Source: Macrostomum lignano (Eukaryota). From it: a DNA stretch of 64,000 nucleotides. A model generated the notes under the pieces. It made no database searches, was not told the DNA's origin, and saw only the letters and a program-made list of their open reading frames with translations. The stretch spans positions 1,364,001-1,428,000 of the forward strand of contig NIVC01000031.1 of NCBI GenBank assembly GCA_002269645.1, in the 5' to 3' direction. The translations under genes and the position numbers were made by a program. The first letter of the stretch is position 1. Each line of letters starts with the position of its first letter. Shown here piece after piece: positions 43,020 through 57,600 of this stretch.

Positions 43020-44500
43020 GAGGGCGTAGAGGAGAGTGAAGAGTAGAAAAGAGATCAGAGAGAAGGGTGGAGTGGGAGGAGGAGGGGAGACAGCGGAGGA
43101 GGGGAGAGGGCAGAGAGGAGAGGAGGGGGCAGAGAAGAGGGGAGAGGAGAGGAGAGGAGGAGAGGGCAGAGAGAAGGAAAGAGGAGAGGAGAGGAGGAGA
43201 GGGCAGAGAGGAGAGGAGACGGCAGAGAGGAGGGGAGAGGAGAGGAGAGGAGGAGAGGGTAGAGAGGAGAGGAGAGGGCAGAGAGGAGAGGAGAGGGCAA
43301 AGAGGAGAGGAGAGGGCAGAGAGGAAATGAGAGGGCAGAGAGGAGGGGAGAGGGCAGAGAGCAGAGGGCAGAGAGGAAATGAGAGGGCAGAGAGGAGAGG
43401 AGAGGTCAGAGGAAGGGAGATGCCAGAGAGGAGAGAGAGGAGGGGGCAGAGAGGAGGGGAGAGGAGAGTAGAGGAGGAGAGGGCAGAGAGGAGAGGAGAG
43501 GAGAGGAGGAGGGGGCAGAGAGGAGGGGAGAGGAGAGGAGAGGAGGAGAGGGCAGAGAGGAGAGGAGAGGAGAGGAGGAGGGGGCAGAGAGGAGGGGAGA
43601 GGAGAGTAGAGGAGGAGGGGGCAGAGAGGAGAGGAGAGGGCAGAGAGGAAATGAGAGGGCAGAGAGGAGGGGAGAGGGCAGAGAGCAGAGGGCAGAGAGG
43701 AAATGAGAGGGCAGAGAGGAGAGGAGAGGTCAGAGGAAGGGAGATGCCAGAGAGGAGAGAGAGGAGGGGGCAGAGAGGAGGGGAGAGGAGAGTAGAGGAG
43801 GAGAGGGCAGAGAGGAGAGGAGAGGAGAGGAGGAGGGGGCAGAGAGGAGGGGAGAGGAGAGTAGAGGAGGAGAGGGCAGAGAGGAGAGGAGAGGAGGGAG
43901 GAGGGGGCAGAGAGGAGGGGAGAGGAGAGTAGAGGAGGAGGGGGCAGAGAGGAGAGGAGAGGGCAGAGAGGAAATGAGAGGGCAGAGAGGAGGGGAGAGG
44001 GCAGAGAGCAGAGGGCAGAGAGGAAATGAGAGGGCAGAGAGGAGGGGAGAGGGCAGAGAGGAGGGGAGAGGGCAGAGAGGAGGGGAGAGGGCAGAGAGGA
44101 GAGGAGAGGTCAGAGGAAGGGAGATGCCAGAGAGGAGAGAGAGGAGGGGGCAGAGAGGAGGGGAGAGGAGAGTAGAGGAGGAGAGGGCAGAGAGGAGGGG
44201 AGAGGGCAGAGAGGAGGGGAGAGGGCAGAGAGGAGAGGAGAGGTCAGAGGAAGGGAGATGCCAGAGAGGAGAGAGAGGAGGGGGCAGAGAGGAGGGGAGA
44301 GGAGAGTAGAGGAGGAGAGGGCAGAGAGGAGAGGAGAGGTCAGAGGAAGGGAGATGCCAGAGAGGAGAGGAGGGGGAGAGAGGAGAGGAGAGTAGAGGAG
44401 GAGAGGGCAGAGAGGAGAGGAGAGGAGAGGAGGAGGGGGCAGAGAGGAGAGGAGAGGAAAGGACGGAGAGAAGAGGAGAGGAAAGGACGGAGAGAAGAGG
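43020..44500. repeat. About 1.5-kb polypurine (GAGAG/GGAGG/GGGCA) low-complexity array with higher-order duplications
   Basis: Almost entirely purine on the + strand. Blocks such as GAGGAAATGAGAGGGCAGAGAGG and GGTCAGAGGAAGGGAGATGCC recur. Confidence 0.95.
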
Positions 44501-45114
44501 GAAAATCCATTTGATTGGAAACGTTGGGTAGTTTTTCTAATTGACTTTTCTCACAATGAGCGAGCATGAGGAGAAACGAAAAGCTCGAATTAGGAAGGCG
44601 AACAAGAAAGTTTTTTTGTGCTCACCAATTGGGACAGTCAGATGCCAGATGTGAAATTGTGTTTCAAGGAAAAAAGTGTCCTCAGCAGCTCAACTCAGCC
44701 TCTCGGCCTCAGGCTCTAGCAGTGTTGGCATTTGCCGTGCTTCAGAGTTGAGAGTCGCATGAACCAAATGAATGAAGCCTGAATCGAATTACCTCAATGG
44801 CAAATATCGACTGCCAGGGACTCAGGAAGTTGGGAAGAGAGAGACAGAGCTCAATAGATGGACCTCATGGAGTCAGGGGTTTATTTTGACCCGAAAAAAA
44901 GCTTTAACCAAACGAAACATAAGATTCTTTTTCTACACTGTTTCCAAATTCACTTCTTCCTTCCGTGGTTGGCCTAAGAATAAGAATTCGCGAATGGGGG
45001 TCTAAAAAACCAATAGTAACCTAATTACTGGACCGGCTTGCTTTGGGCCGCTTTTTACTCCTAGATACGGGATGTTATTCAGGGTAGCAGCGCTCACTGA
45101 TTAAGAATCAGGGA

Positions 45115-46080
45115 GGGTAAGGGTAGCGGTACTCACTGAAGGATCAGGGAGGGTAGCGGGATGCTCATTGCTCACAGAAGGATCAGGGAGGGTAGCGGCG
45201 ATGCTCATTGCTCACAGAAGGATCAGGGAGGGTAGGGGCGATGCTCATTGCTCACAGAAGGATCAGGGAGGGTAGGGGCGATGCTCATTGCTCACAGAAG
45301 GATCAGGGAGGGTAGGGGCGATGCTCATTGCTCACAGAAGGATCAGGGAGGGTAGCGGCGATTCTCATTGCTCACTGAAGGATCAGGGAGGGTAGCGGCG
45401 ATGCTCACAGAAGGATCAGGGAGGGTAAAGAGTTGTGGTGCTCACTGAAGGATCAGGGAGGGTAACGGCGATGCTCACAGAAGGATCAGCCGATCAGGGA
45501 GGGTAGCGGCGATGCTCACAGAAGGATCAGCCGATCAGGGAGGGTAGCGGCGATGCTCACAGAAGGATCAGGGAGGGTACGGGCGATGCTCACAAAAGGA
45601 TCAGGGAGGGTAAAGGGTTATGGTACTCACTGAAGGATCAGGGAGGGTAGCGGCGATGCTCATTGCTCACAGAAGGATCAGGGAGGGTAGCGGCGATGCT
45701 CATTGCTCACAGAAGGATCAGGGAGGGTAGCGGCGATGCTCATTGCTCACAGAAGGATCAGGGAGGGTAGCGGCGATGCTCATTGCTCACAGAAGGATCA
45801 GGGAGGGTAGCGGCGATGCTCATTGCTCACAGAAGGATCAGGGAGGGTAGCGGCGATGCTCACAGAAGGATCAGGGAGGGTAAAGGGTTGTGGTGCTCAC
45901 TGAAGGATCAGAGAGGGTAACGGCGATGCTCACAGAAGGATCAGCCGATCAGGGAGGGTAGCGGCGATGCTCACAGAAGGATCAGCCGATCAGGGAGGGT
46001 AGCGGCGATGCTCACAGAAGGATCAGGGAGGGTAGCGGCACTCACTGAAGGATAAGGGAGGGTAGCAGCACTCACTGAAG
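45115..46080. repeat. 40-bp minisatellite
   Basis: Unit GATGCTCATTGCTCACAGAAGGATCAGGGAGGGTAGCGGC with deletion variants. Confidence 0.93.
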
Positions 46081-47539
46081 CCTAAAGGAACCGAGCCTAG
46101 GGCAAAAAATGTTCTACAAATGAATAACAATTACACTTACCTAGCAGTAAAATCAGTTCAAGAAATGAACTGTATTTATTTTATTGCAAGACTCAAAGCT
46201 GTCGGACGTAGCAAACAGAAAATCAAATAACTCGGTGTAATTATAGTTAGTCGTTAGTGAACGATGAGGACAAAGAACCATAAGGGGGACCGGGGTTGCA
46301 AGAAAACACACTCTTCCTCTTCTTTAATCCCAAATTCTCTTTGTCTGGAAATGACTGGAGAACTATGTGTAAGGATATCAAATATTCCTTAATCTAGACT
46401 AAGACTAGATAGATCATTTCAGATTTGGTTATATAGATTCTAAATAAACTGGACTGGAGAGCAATAAAATTCAATCCGCCTATCTATCAATATACTTAAT
46501 ATATTGAACTTCCTATTTTTTAGCTGCAATTTGAGTTTGGTTGGTGGTTGGTTTGGTTCGCTTCGTAGTGACTAGTGTGTCAAAGACAAGTCGAGGAAGA
46601 TCGCTTAATGGTAATGGCTTGGGTAGGTAGGGTATCTGAACTGAGGGGGGATTGGTTTGTCGTCTGTTTAGGGTTGGTGAAATGAACGGGACTTAGGGGT
46701 CGGGAGGGGTGGTTGGCTGTGTACACTTTGAGAGCTGAGCGGATTGGGCCTATGCGAGGGAATTACGGAACAGTCAAGTCAGACCGACAGACAAGGGGGA
46801 GGGACGCGAGGGTGGAAAAGAGGAGAAAGAGGGGCGATTTTGGTGCGTGAGTCACGCCGCCACCTCTTCTTAGCTGAACTGAATTGCCCCTGGTTTTTTT
46901 AAAAGAAGGGGGGTGGTTTTCCCAACGCTGCCGCCTCTCTTTGTGCTTTGTGTGCAGCGCATAATGATAACCCCGCGTCCCCGCCTCGTAATCTATTTTC
47001 ACTCCTACTCCTACGCATATAAGATAAGATAAGATCAAACTGATTCTATTTTTAATTGGTTTAGAAGCGATTAAACTATATGTTGTTAAAAGTTAAACCA
47101 ATTATTTTTTATTGGAAATATTTAGTGCAAACGAGGTCATAAAAAGCTATAAAAAATTAAGGGTCTTGATACTTTGATACTTGATACTTGATACTTACGT
47201 CTCGTTACGTCGTAAGCAATCATAAGTTATTGATAATTTAATTGCTTAGGCGGGATTTAATATTCACAGTCTCAGAGGCACTCCACCATGCACTCCAATT
47301 TTACACTGTCTCGCGGACTGAGAACCTACATGTAGATGTTTATCCAAAAAGTTTGATTGCAATATCGATAAATTAAGCACAATGAATACCATCGTAAATG
47401 CAAATCTAAAACCTTCCTAAAAGTTAAAGTTTCATTCGCCAATGCACTTTTACGAGTCGTATTTGTCCTGCAAGTTCGACAAGTTTTTTTAATAAAGCCT
47501 GCACTGGACTGCCAGAAGGAGATTAAGAAATTTGAGTCA

Positions 47540-48230
47540 GGGACCAGGGGCGCAGCCAGGATTATTTATACTCAGCAACATTAAAAAGTCGCCACCCCCT
47601 TTGCCCCCCAGTGAGCAGACAGTGTATTTCGACCAGCGTCTATCACCTGGCCAACCATTAAAAATGCTTGAAAAATCCAATCTTTGCCCTCCGCTCTTCC
47701 CAATCCCTCATCACCCAGCCCAACTCTGCGTCAAGTTGCGCAAGTTGCGTCACTCAAAAGTCAATACTGAGCTGGAATTTACTGCGCACTCTCAAAGGTG
47801 GCGACTTTTTAATGTTGTTGAGTATAGTAGGGGGTGTCATCGTGAGGAAGAGAAGACCAAAGGGCGCCAGCACCAAGGGGCGCTAGCACTAAGGGGCGCC
47901 AGCACCAAGGGGCGCCAGCACCAAGGGGCGCCAGCACCAAGGGGCGCCAGCACCAAGGGGTGCCAGCACCAAGGGGCGCCAGCACCAAGGGGCGCCAGCA
48001 CCAAGGGGCGCCAGCACCAAGGGGCGCCAGCACCAAGGGGCGCCAGCACCAAGGGGCGCCAGCACCAAGGGGCGCCAGCACCAAGGGGCGCCAGCAGCAG
48101 GGGGCGCCAGCACCAAGGGGCGCCAGCACCAAGGGGCGCCAGCACCAAGGGGCGCCAGCACCAAGGGGCGCCAGCACCAAGGGGCGCCAGCACCAAGGGG
48201 CGCCAGCACCAAGGGGCGCCAGCAGTAGTT
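47540..48230. repeat. Composite element: 30-bp inverted repeat pair plus 16-bp GC-rich minisatellite
   Basis: TATACTCAGCAACATTAAAAAGTCGCCACC (about 47567-47597) versus GGTGGCGACTTTTTAATGTTGTTGAGTATA (about 47797-47826). Unit GCACCAAGGGGCGCCA in about 22 copies at 47865-48225. Confidence 0.8.
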
Positions 48231-48844
48231 GTTGAGAAGCTGGGAACAAAAAAGGCACCGAATCCACTCAGAAAATGTTCGATCGTATAAAAAACTGCTG
48301 AAGTTAATTTACATAGTGTATAGTTGAGAAAAACTATTTTATGCACAATACATGAATATAAAATGCTAGGTATAGAACCGCATACTCGTACACTTGCATC
48401 AATTATAATTCCATCCATTGTGGGGCAGCACAGAAATTGAGGGTTCTGCACTTCTCTAGAGCAAGTATAGTGCTGTATAGCCACTAGCCATATAAGCGAG
48501 TATGATAATAGATTGGAGTCAACTCCCAAGCCTCCGCGAAGGCTAACTAGCAGCACCACTCTGCTGCAGGACTGACTGACTGATTTTGACAGCAGCAGGG
48601 CCTGAGCCAAATCTATTAAGTTGAGAGATTGTTGTTGGCGTACAGCAACGAGAGAGGGAGAGAAGACGAGGAGTTAGGTGATGGGGGGAGGCCGAGGGGA
48701 TATTTGAGAAGCAGCTTTTAGTCCGTTGAGGATTTTATGAGTTATTATATAATAAAATATTCAATAACTCTCGCATAATATAAGATTATAACCAATATGT
48801 ACTTATACCGACACTTGTAAGTGTGCATTAATAATTCATGTCAA

Positions 48845-49910
48845 GAGGGGTGAGATTCTGCAGAAAAACTGACTGAAGATTATAAAAAATGAGATTCTCA
48901 TCTGACTGCAACCTCTCAGAGGGTGAGATTCTCAGCTGACTGCAACCTCTCAGAGTGTGAGATTCTCAGCTGACTGCAATCTCTCAGAGGGTGAGATTCT
49001 CATCTGACTGCAACCTCTCAGAGTGTGAGATTCTCAGCTGACTGCAACCTCTCAGAGGGTGAGATTCTCAGCTGACTGCAACCTCTCAGAGGGTGAGATT
49101 CTCATCTGACTGCAACCTCTCAAAGGGTGAGATTCTCAGCTGACTGTAATCTCTCAGAGTGTGAGATTCTCATCTGACTGTAATCTCTCAGAGGGTGAGA
49201 TTCTCATCTGACTGTAATCTCTCAGAGGGTGAGATTCTCATCTGACTGTAATCTCTCAGAGGGTGAGATTCTCAGCTGACTGTAATCTCTCAGAAGGTGA
49301 GATTCTCAGCTGACTGTAATCTCTCAGAGTGTGAGATTCTCATCTGACTGTAATCTCTCAGAGGGTGAGATTCTCATCTGACTGTAATCTCTCAGAGGGT
49401 GAGATTCTCAGCTGACTGTGAGAGTGTGGGATCTCAGCTGACTGCAGTCTCTCAAAAGTGTGAGATTCTCAGCTGACTGTAATATCTCAGAGGGTGGAGA
49501 TTCTCAGCTGACTGTGAGAGTGTGAGATTATCAGCTCAGAGTGTGGGATCTCAGCTGACTGCAATCTCTCAGAGTGTGAGATTCTCAGCTGACTGTAATC
49601 TCTCAGGTGAGATTCTCAGCTGACTGTAATCTCTCAGAGTGTGAGATTCTCATCTGACTGTAATCTCTCAGAGGGTGAGATTCTCATCTGACTGTAATCT
49701 CTCAGAGGGTGAGATTCTCAGCTGACTGTGAGAGTGTGGGATCTCAGCTGACTGCAGTCTCTCAAAAGTGTGAGATTCTCAGCTGACTGTAATATCTCAG
49801 AGGGTGGAGATTCTCAGCTGACTGTGAGAGTGTGAGATTATCAGCTCAGAGTGTGGGATCTCAGCTGACTGCAGTCTCTCAAAAGTTTGAGATTCTTAGC
49901 TGACTGCAGT
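48845..49910. repeat. 33-34-bp minisatellite
   Basis: Unit GTGAGATTCTCATCTGACTGTAATCTCTCAGAGG with a higher-order duplication in the distal half. Confidence 0.93.
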
Positions 49911-50344
49911 CTGTCAAAGTAATATTTCTGTCAAAGTAATATATGAGACAACAAACAAAATGGAGCACCTACTGCATCCAGGGGTTTCTCTTTCTAATTA
50001 AACCATCAGTGTATCACGTTTGTAATCCTTTGGCAACGCAATAAGAGGGAATGTTACAAAGAGAAACAAGTAAACTGAGTTTCTTTGAGCTGTGGTTATA
50101 ATATATATTGTACATATGTATACTAGCAATGCTTATCGGTGTCATTGAACACCAATATGTACTCGTATATATCCAGGCATTACCAAAGTGTGGCTAGAGT
50201 ATCGCACAAGTGGGGGATGTGCGAGGTTTGACTCAATTTGAAGGATGCAGAAGCAAAGAAAGCAAACTGGGCATTGATTATGGAATAATAAACACAACCC
50301 TTGAACCTTCCCGAGACTCTCCATAACCCGCTCTGACCTTAACC

Positions 50345-50905
50345 ACAGCCCTCCCTGACACTCTCCTAACAATCCTCCCTGACACTCTCCTAACAATCCT
50401 CCCTGACACTCTCCTAACAATCCTCCCTGACACTCTCCTAACAATCCTCCCTGACACTCTCCTAACAATCCTCCCTGACACTCTCCTAACAATCCTCCCT
50501 GACACTCTCCTAACAATCCTCCCTGACACTCTCCTAACAATCCTCCCTGACACTCTCCTAACAATCCTCCCTGACACTCTCCTAACAATCCTCCCTGACA
50601 CTCTCCTAACAATCCTCCCTGACACTCTCCTAACAATCCTCCCTGACACTCTTCACAACCCTCCCTGACACTCTCCTAACAATCCTCCCTGACACTCTCC
50701 TAACAATCCTCCCTGACACTCTCCTAACAATCCTCCCTGACACTCTCCTAACAATCCTCCCTGACACTCTCCTAACAATCCTCCCTGACACTCTCCTAAC
50801 AATCCTCCCTGACACTCTTCACAACCCTCCCTGACACTCTTCACAACCCTCCCTGACACTCTTTACAACCCCCTCTGACTCTTCCCACAACCCTCCGTGA
50901 CACTC
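50345..50905. repeat. 24-bp minisatellite
   Basis: Unit CTCCCTGACACTCTCCTAACAATC, about 22 copies. It is the source of the 8-aa-periodic spurious ORFs. Confidence 0.95.
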
Positions 50906-51600
50906 TTCCTTTACTACAATATAGTCCTTAAGTGAACAAGATAGCTGTTTTAATTAACTAACCAATCAATCACACAACAAGCATATTACAAATTGAAATA
51001 AAATTAGCATAATTGACCAGAACGCACAAGAAAGCAGCTATAAATTTCCATCAAATAGGAGCCAACAGAATCAGCATTGCGGTTCCTTATAAGCATCGAA
51101 TATATTTTTAATCTATACATGTACTTAATATATTATATATTTAATTGCAACAGATAGTTAAGATGTGCACAAAAAGTTCAAATGAAAACAAACTGATTGT
51201 TTTGCTAAGCAGATAATAGGAAAGTAATCAGGACAATGAAAAGTATTATGCTGTCTAAAATTTTCCTACGACCTACATATAGAAATCACAACAAATATAA
51301 TTAAGCGTGCATCTAAACAATAGTGAGTTAATGAGTTTTATTTAACCTATATTTCCAGAATGACTAGATAAGTGAATAATTGTCTGCTTCACTATTATAT
51401 TAATAATATTTATGACTGATATCAACAGCGAATGCCCACGAAATAAGACAGCAAAGCAACAAAAATATATAGAGTGAAGCCAATTGAACACGCGTGTCCA
51501 TATTTGACTACTGATATCGGACTATATAAGTAGAAATATAGAAATTTTACAACATTTTTCTGCAAAGCTAGGAAAAATGTGGTAAATCAGTTTTTGATAA

Positions 51601-54600
51601 TCAACACAACCCACCGTCAAACTCTTCAGCGTCCTCGGCGCCAGCACCAGCAGCCTCTGCGGCCGCGCCACCGGCAGCTGACGGTTTCTGGCGCGCCTCC
51701 GGCAATCGAATCGATCTAGCTAATTTAGCGAATTCATTGTCCATGTAGCGGAACACGGGATTCTGCAGGGCCTGACGCCCCCGATCGCCGTCCATCTGCT
51801 CGCAGGCCTCCAGCAGAGTCTGCAGGGGGCCGCAGTCGTCGCCAGTTTGGAACGAGCTGACGTGCACGGAATCGTTGAACGCTTTCCTAGCTGCTACTAG
51901 ATCTCCGCGGCCGAGCTCCACCACCACTAGGGCTAGCACAGCTTTGGACAGGGTGTCCGGGTTCGAATCCCGGCCAGCTTGTCCGACCCGCCGTCTGGCC
52001 ACGTCGGCTGCAGCGTCCAGCTTGCCAGCGCGGATCAGCATTCGACAGGCGTGGCCGAGGCACTGGGCAGCCTGACCTACTTTGTCCTCGATGTCGGCCG
52101 CGTCAGCTGAGTCGCTGTACAGCCTGGCCGAGGCTTCGGGCAGCGGCTCCTCCAGCATCCTGCGGATTCGAGTTGTCAATCATTAACTCACTTAATTCAT
52201 TGTGACACAGTGTGGATTGCTAATCTATCCAGCTCATTGTGACACAGTGTGGATTGCTAATCTATCCAGTTCATTGTGACACAGTGTGGATTGCTAATCT
52301 ATCCAGCTCATTGTGACACAGTGTGGATTGCTAATCTATCCAGTTCATTGTGACACAGTGTGGATTGCTAATCTATCCAATTCATTGTGACACAGTGTGG
52401 ATTGCTAATCTATCCAATTCATTGTGACACAGTGTGGATTGCTAATCTATCCAGTTCATTGTGACACAGTGTGGATTGCTAATCTATCCAATTCATTGTG
52501 ACACAGTGTGGATTGCTAATCTATCCAATTCATTGTGACACAGTGTGGATTGCTAATCTATCCAGTTCATTGTGACACAGTGTGGATTGCTAATCTATCC
52601 AATTCATTGTGACACAGTGTGGATTGCTAATCTATCCAGTTCATTGTGACACAGTGTGGATTGCTAATCTATCCAATTCATTGTGACACAGTGTGGATTG
52701 CTAATCTATCCAGTTCATTGTGACACAGTGTGGATTGCTAATCTATCCAATTCATTGTGACACAGTGTGGATTGCTAATCTATCCAGTTCATTGTGACAC
52801 AGTGTGGATTGCTAATCTATCCAATTCATTGTGACACAGTGTGGATTGCTAATCTATCCAATTTACTGTGACACAGTGTGGATTGCTAATCTATCCAATT
52901 AATTGTGACTGTGGATTGCTAATCTATTCAATTCCAAGAAATTTATTTTGCAAATCAGTAAAAGAAATGACTCAAGACCAGGACTCACTTAGCCCCCTTC
53001 TCCAGCATGAGCGAGGCGCTATCCGGGTTCCCATTCTCGCGCAGCATCCTACCAGCTTTAGCCAGCCATTCCGCAGCCTCTTCATAGTTCTTGACCTCCT
53101 TAGCCAGAAGAGCGGCCGTCTCCAGGTGCTTAGCCGCGTGGAACAGGTTCTTCAAATGGTTGGCAGTGATGTCGGCAGTTTTAACCAGCATCTGTTGGGA
53201 CCGTTTGAATTCGCGAGCGGCACGGAAGGCGGCGGCAGCTTTGGCATACTCGTCAGCAGCTGAGTCGTAATCTGGACTGCGGCGCATCTTGAGCAGTCCA
53301 GTCTTCAGGCTGGGTGTAATGGCGTCATATGTTGGCATGCTTACTAACTGGCGAATATAAAGTTTTTGACATTATGTATAGCAATGTATTCTTACTAGCT
53401 TGACTTCGATGACCATAATAGTTTTGAATTTTAATTATATACAGAACTAGATAAAAAATTCTGGGTTCTGTATTCAAAGTAGCCAATATATTTTTAAGAA
53501 AATAAACACTATTTATAAAGGAAAATTTTGCCTATCCTATTTCTACTCTTTATACTCAATGAGACTTAATAAAGATATAGTTTAAAACTATAACAAGTTT
53601 GATTATAAAAATAGGCTAATTTTGGAGAATTGAAGGCAATAAACTATAAATTATTTTGGAGCAAAAAAATTATGCTAGCATTTTATGACATGTAAATAAA
53701 CTTTAGCTGTAACAAACTTTCTCCCATATTTATATCAATAAATATGATAGCCACAATATAAAAACACATGGACACTGTCAAGTGCACAATTGTATATGTA
53801 GGTGTACAAATTTATAGGATTATAATAGGAACAAATTTAGAAAGTTAACATAACTTTTTTCCATGTTTTGCTCTTTGAGCAGTAGAAGTTGGCTTTTATA
53901 TAATTTGAATTTGGTGATTTAAGAATTGGAACCATATTTAAACATACATGTGCAACCCCCTGATTTATACTGGTCATGTAACTTACTTTTTGACCAAAAA
54001 TGAGATTTACCTATGAAAGAAACCCTAGATATGGTACAATAGACCTGCCAATGGCAACTATAAATATGCCTACGGTAGATATCTGCTTTTATAGCTATGA
54101 CTACAGAAATATGGTAGCTGCTGTCATATTCCATAGATTCTTATAGCCCTAGTTATTAATTAAAAAAACTATTAGAAACAAGTAGAGTAAAACAAAGATA
54201 CTTGGTAAGCTGTATTATAGACTTAGAAACATAGATTATACTTAATAAAATATAATAATACATTAGCAAAGTCTAACTTTTATTAATGTGAAAAAGTTCA
54301 ACATTAGTACTTTCAGTAGTGATTAAGTATTGTTACTCTTTGTAAAAAGATGAAATACAATCTTACAAAGGCAATTGATGGTTTGTTTTATTTTCTATCT
54401 TAAGTTATTTAAGCACCAGGTTATCTTTTTGATTCAAAATATTTTGATTCCCTGACTGTTAAAACTATGGCTATGGGAACAATGAGAATATAGTAATATT
54501 GGGGTCTCTATGGCTATGGAATATGGAGAATTGGAATAAGCAATAGTTTTGCTTATGGCTATAGCAATGGCATATGGACCCTCCTTATGGTGAAACACTA

Positions 54601-57600
54601 ACCATTTTTAGTTTTAACAAGTATAATTTAGGCCTATAGGTCTAAAGTTATAGACCTAAATGTCAATAATATAGTATTGAGTATTAGTCATTTAAAAGCT
54701 AGGCCTATCAAAAACTACATAGTTTAACAAATAATATATAGACTTAGAGGTTGAGATAAGAGGAATTGATAAGAAAAAGCTTCCATTTCTATACAAGTCT
54801 TTACCCTTCTCTTAGCCTTTCCTTGAATCAGGAAAATCCTTGAATGAGCCTTCCTTTCAAAGCAATAAGAAATAGGTTTACCTTGTGACCACCTTGGACC
54901 TTGGTCCATCACCAACCTAATTAACATATTAAAATAAATTTATATTTAGGCTTTCTTTATGAAATTAAATTATGTTTTTCTTTTTCTTGGCTTAAATTAC
55001 AATACCAAATTTCAAAAAACTAGAAAATGAAAGGTATCCTTTTGGCATAAAATGTTACAAAGCAAAACATGGCATAGTATAAAAATTCTATAGACTATAT
55101 ACACTATAATAATATTTTTATTTAAATCACATTAAAATAATCATGGCAGGATTGACACTACAGTATATCAATGATATAAACACTATTGAATGAATATTTT
55201 GAGCTATTTTCAAGTTTTTATTTAAAAGATTAAAAAATAATTTGTATATAAAAACAAATTTATGATGGCAGTTGTTTTTGTTATGGTGACCGTATAAATA
55301 TTGACATGGTTATTTTTACAGTTAACAGTTAAAACAAATACCATCTAAATGAAGTAATGAAGTATGAAGTATGAAAGTAATGAAGTAATGAATTCTAGAC
55401 AAAAATTAGCCTTGGCATACATGCCTGGCATAAGAATTAATACAGGGTGCGGACAATAAATTGGCAGTAGTTTTAACCATAGACAACTTTGCTCTTATAT
55501 AACCCGTGGGCACTAAACTTTACACAGGTATTCTTAGTGCAACTAAAATTTACAGCTATATGAGTCAGATCTTATTACACTAGCAATGTCAAAGGAATAT
55601 GACACAATAGTTACTATCATACCAGGACTGCATGCCGGAAGGTCAGCTAGAGAGATTGTGCAATTCCACAACATCCTTGAGTGCATTGTGTATCAAATTG
55701 CGAAGCAGTTTTGAGAAGCAGATAATGCTAAAGAAGCTCTAGCAACTCAGCACAAAGTGCATGCTCCATGTTCAGACAAGATGAAGACACTAGCATTCAT
55801 TGAAAGGCTGCAAGGACTGATCAATCAAGGTTCTTCGCAGTCCATGTGGCAGCTGGCCCAAATGCTAGAAGACCTGCGCTACCATTCTTACTCACTGAAG
55901 GTTCACCAGCTCCTTACTCTGTAGCAGAAAGACAGGCATGTTGCCCACTGCCAGTTGTTGCTATCATTGTTGAAGCATAAAGAGGCTAGCCACATTTACT
56001 TTTTTAGCAATGAGAAAGTCTTTGTTCTGGATGCCAAATTCAACAAACACAATGACATGCCAGCATGTTGAAGACATTCCAGTTGTGATACAGTCAAAGT
56101 ACCCAGCATCTATGATGGTGCAATTAGTCTTCTCAAATGAGGGTGATGCAATGCCACTGCCCTTCTTTGATCAGGCCCTATAGGAAAAAGTTGTAAAACC
56201 ACAGATGCCTCCGGTGCACTTTTGAAATTTTTCTAAAGTGCAATGCACACACTGCCCTTTCCTGCTGGCTGCTGCTCTAGCAAATACATATACATGGAAA
56301 GGGCTTGGGTAGGTGCCTGTGCTGTACAATCTGCCTCACCTGCGGATGGTATGCATATTTCTGTTTTAAAGCCTTGGCTGTATTGACTGCCGCCCATTTG
56401 CGCGGCGTGGTCTAATACGTCTATGGAAGGGCCTATAGACTCATAACTTAAAAAGCTTAGAGAAGTTCCGAAATTTCAATTTCATTTTCGAAAATTTGAA
56501 TTTTTAAAGAGCAAATTTCAATTTTGAAAAAAAATTAGAAGTTAAAATTTTGAGTGTCTAAAAAAGTTGTTAAAAATAAACTAATTTCTGCTACATATAC
56601 ATGTATTTCATTTTGCATAAGCAGTAAATTGAAAGTAAAAAAGTGAGTGTTACTCATACTTAACTTTGTTTTTCTAAATTTTGATTTTGGAAAATTTCAA
56701 TTTTGCTTTTGGAGAGTTAGCAAATTTTGATTTTGACGAAATGGAACATCTCTAATAATCTTAAAGCACGGTAAAATAGTTTGACTCTTTTCTAAAGTGA
56801 GCGTCCGTGGGTTTTCAACATTTATTCCAATAGGGTGATAAATCACAATTGAATGATCAATGGTAATTGAATTGCGTCACATTGTTACAAATTACAAAAT
56901 TTTGATAATTAGTTTTTTATGCCAAAAGATCATCTGTAGTTGTTTATTACAAATTACAAAATTTTGATAATTAGTTTTTTATTTGCATGGTTATTAAAGC
57001 AATCAACTTTACCTCAATCTTTTGGCATGTTTCCTTGACTAGAAATAAACATTGATCATGGTTTTAATTGAAACAAAAATTTATATAGGTTTTTCCCATA
57101 TATATTTATTGTTTCTTTCTGCCAACAGTTTAGGAAAACAACAAACAATGGACTCAATGGTACTTTTCTCTGTGTGATCTCTAGAGTCACATACTCAAAA
57201 TTCAGGCGAGGATCTTTCCTCTTCAATCAGTATATTTTATAAGTTAACAGACTGTATGCGAGCAAGGAGGAATAGGGAAAGGTAGAATGGGATGGCCTAA
57301 TAGAAGCCATTGGCCAGAGGAGATTCATGTATCACGCAAGGGTTGCATGGCTGGGCTTCTTGCTTGCCGATCATCAAGGCTATTTTTAGACATGCAGATC
57401 TTATGCATCTGGGGAGTTGCTGCCAAGGCTAGATGCTTGTTCATGCATCATGCGCATGTCGGCTGATTTCTCCCATCTTCTTGCTAATGGCGGTTTTGTT
57501 TCATTTCACCAGGATGGAATTTTTGTACAAAATCCTGGACACCTTCCGCGCACCCTAACTGAAACTTGCACACTTGCCCATGCATTTCTAGCAAAATTGC

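Noticed and set aside
43036-44567. Arg/Gly/Glu-rich ORFs up to 298 aa
   Set aside because: A purine-only array lacks T and so lacks stop codons; not protein-like.
47532-50859. Repeat-peptide ORFs (GAPAPRGASTKGRQHQ, ECQGGLLG)
   Set aside because: Derived from 16-bp and 24-bp minisatellites.
5210-52925. Regular repeat arrays as possible CRISPR arrays
   Set aside because: The units are head-to-tail with no unique spacers, there are no cas genes, and the context is eukaryotic introns.
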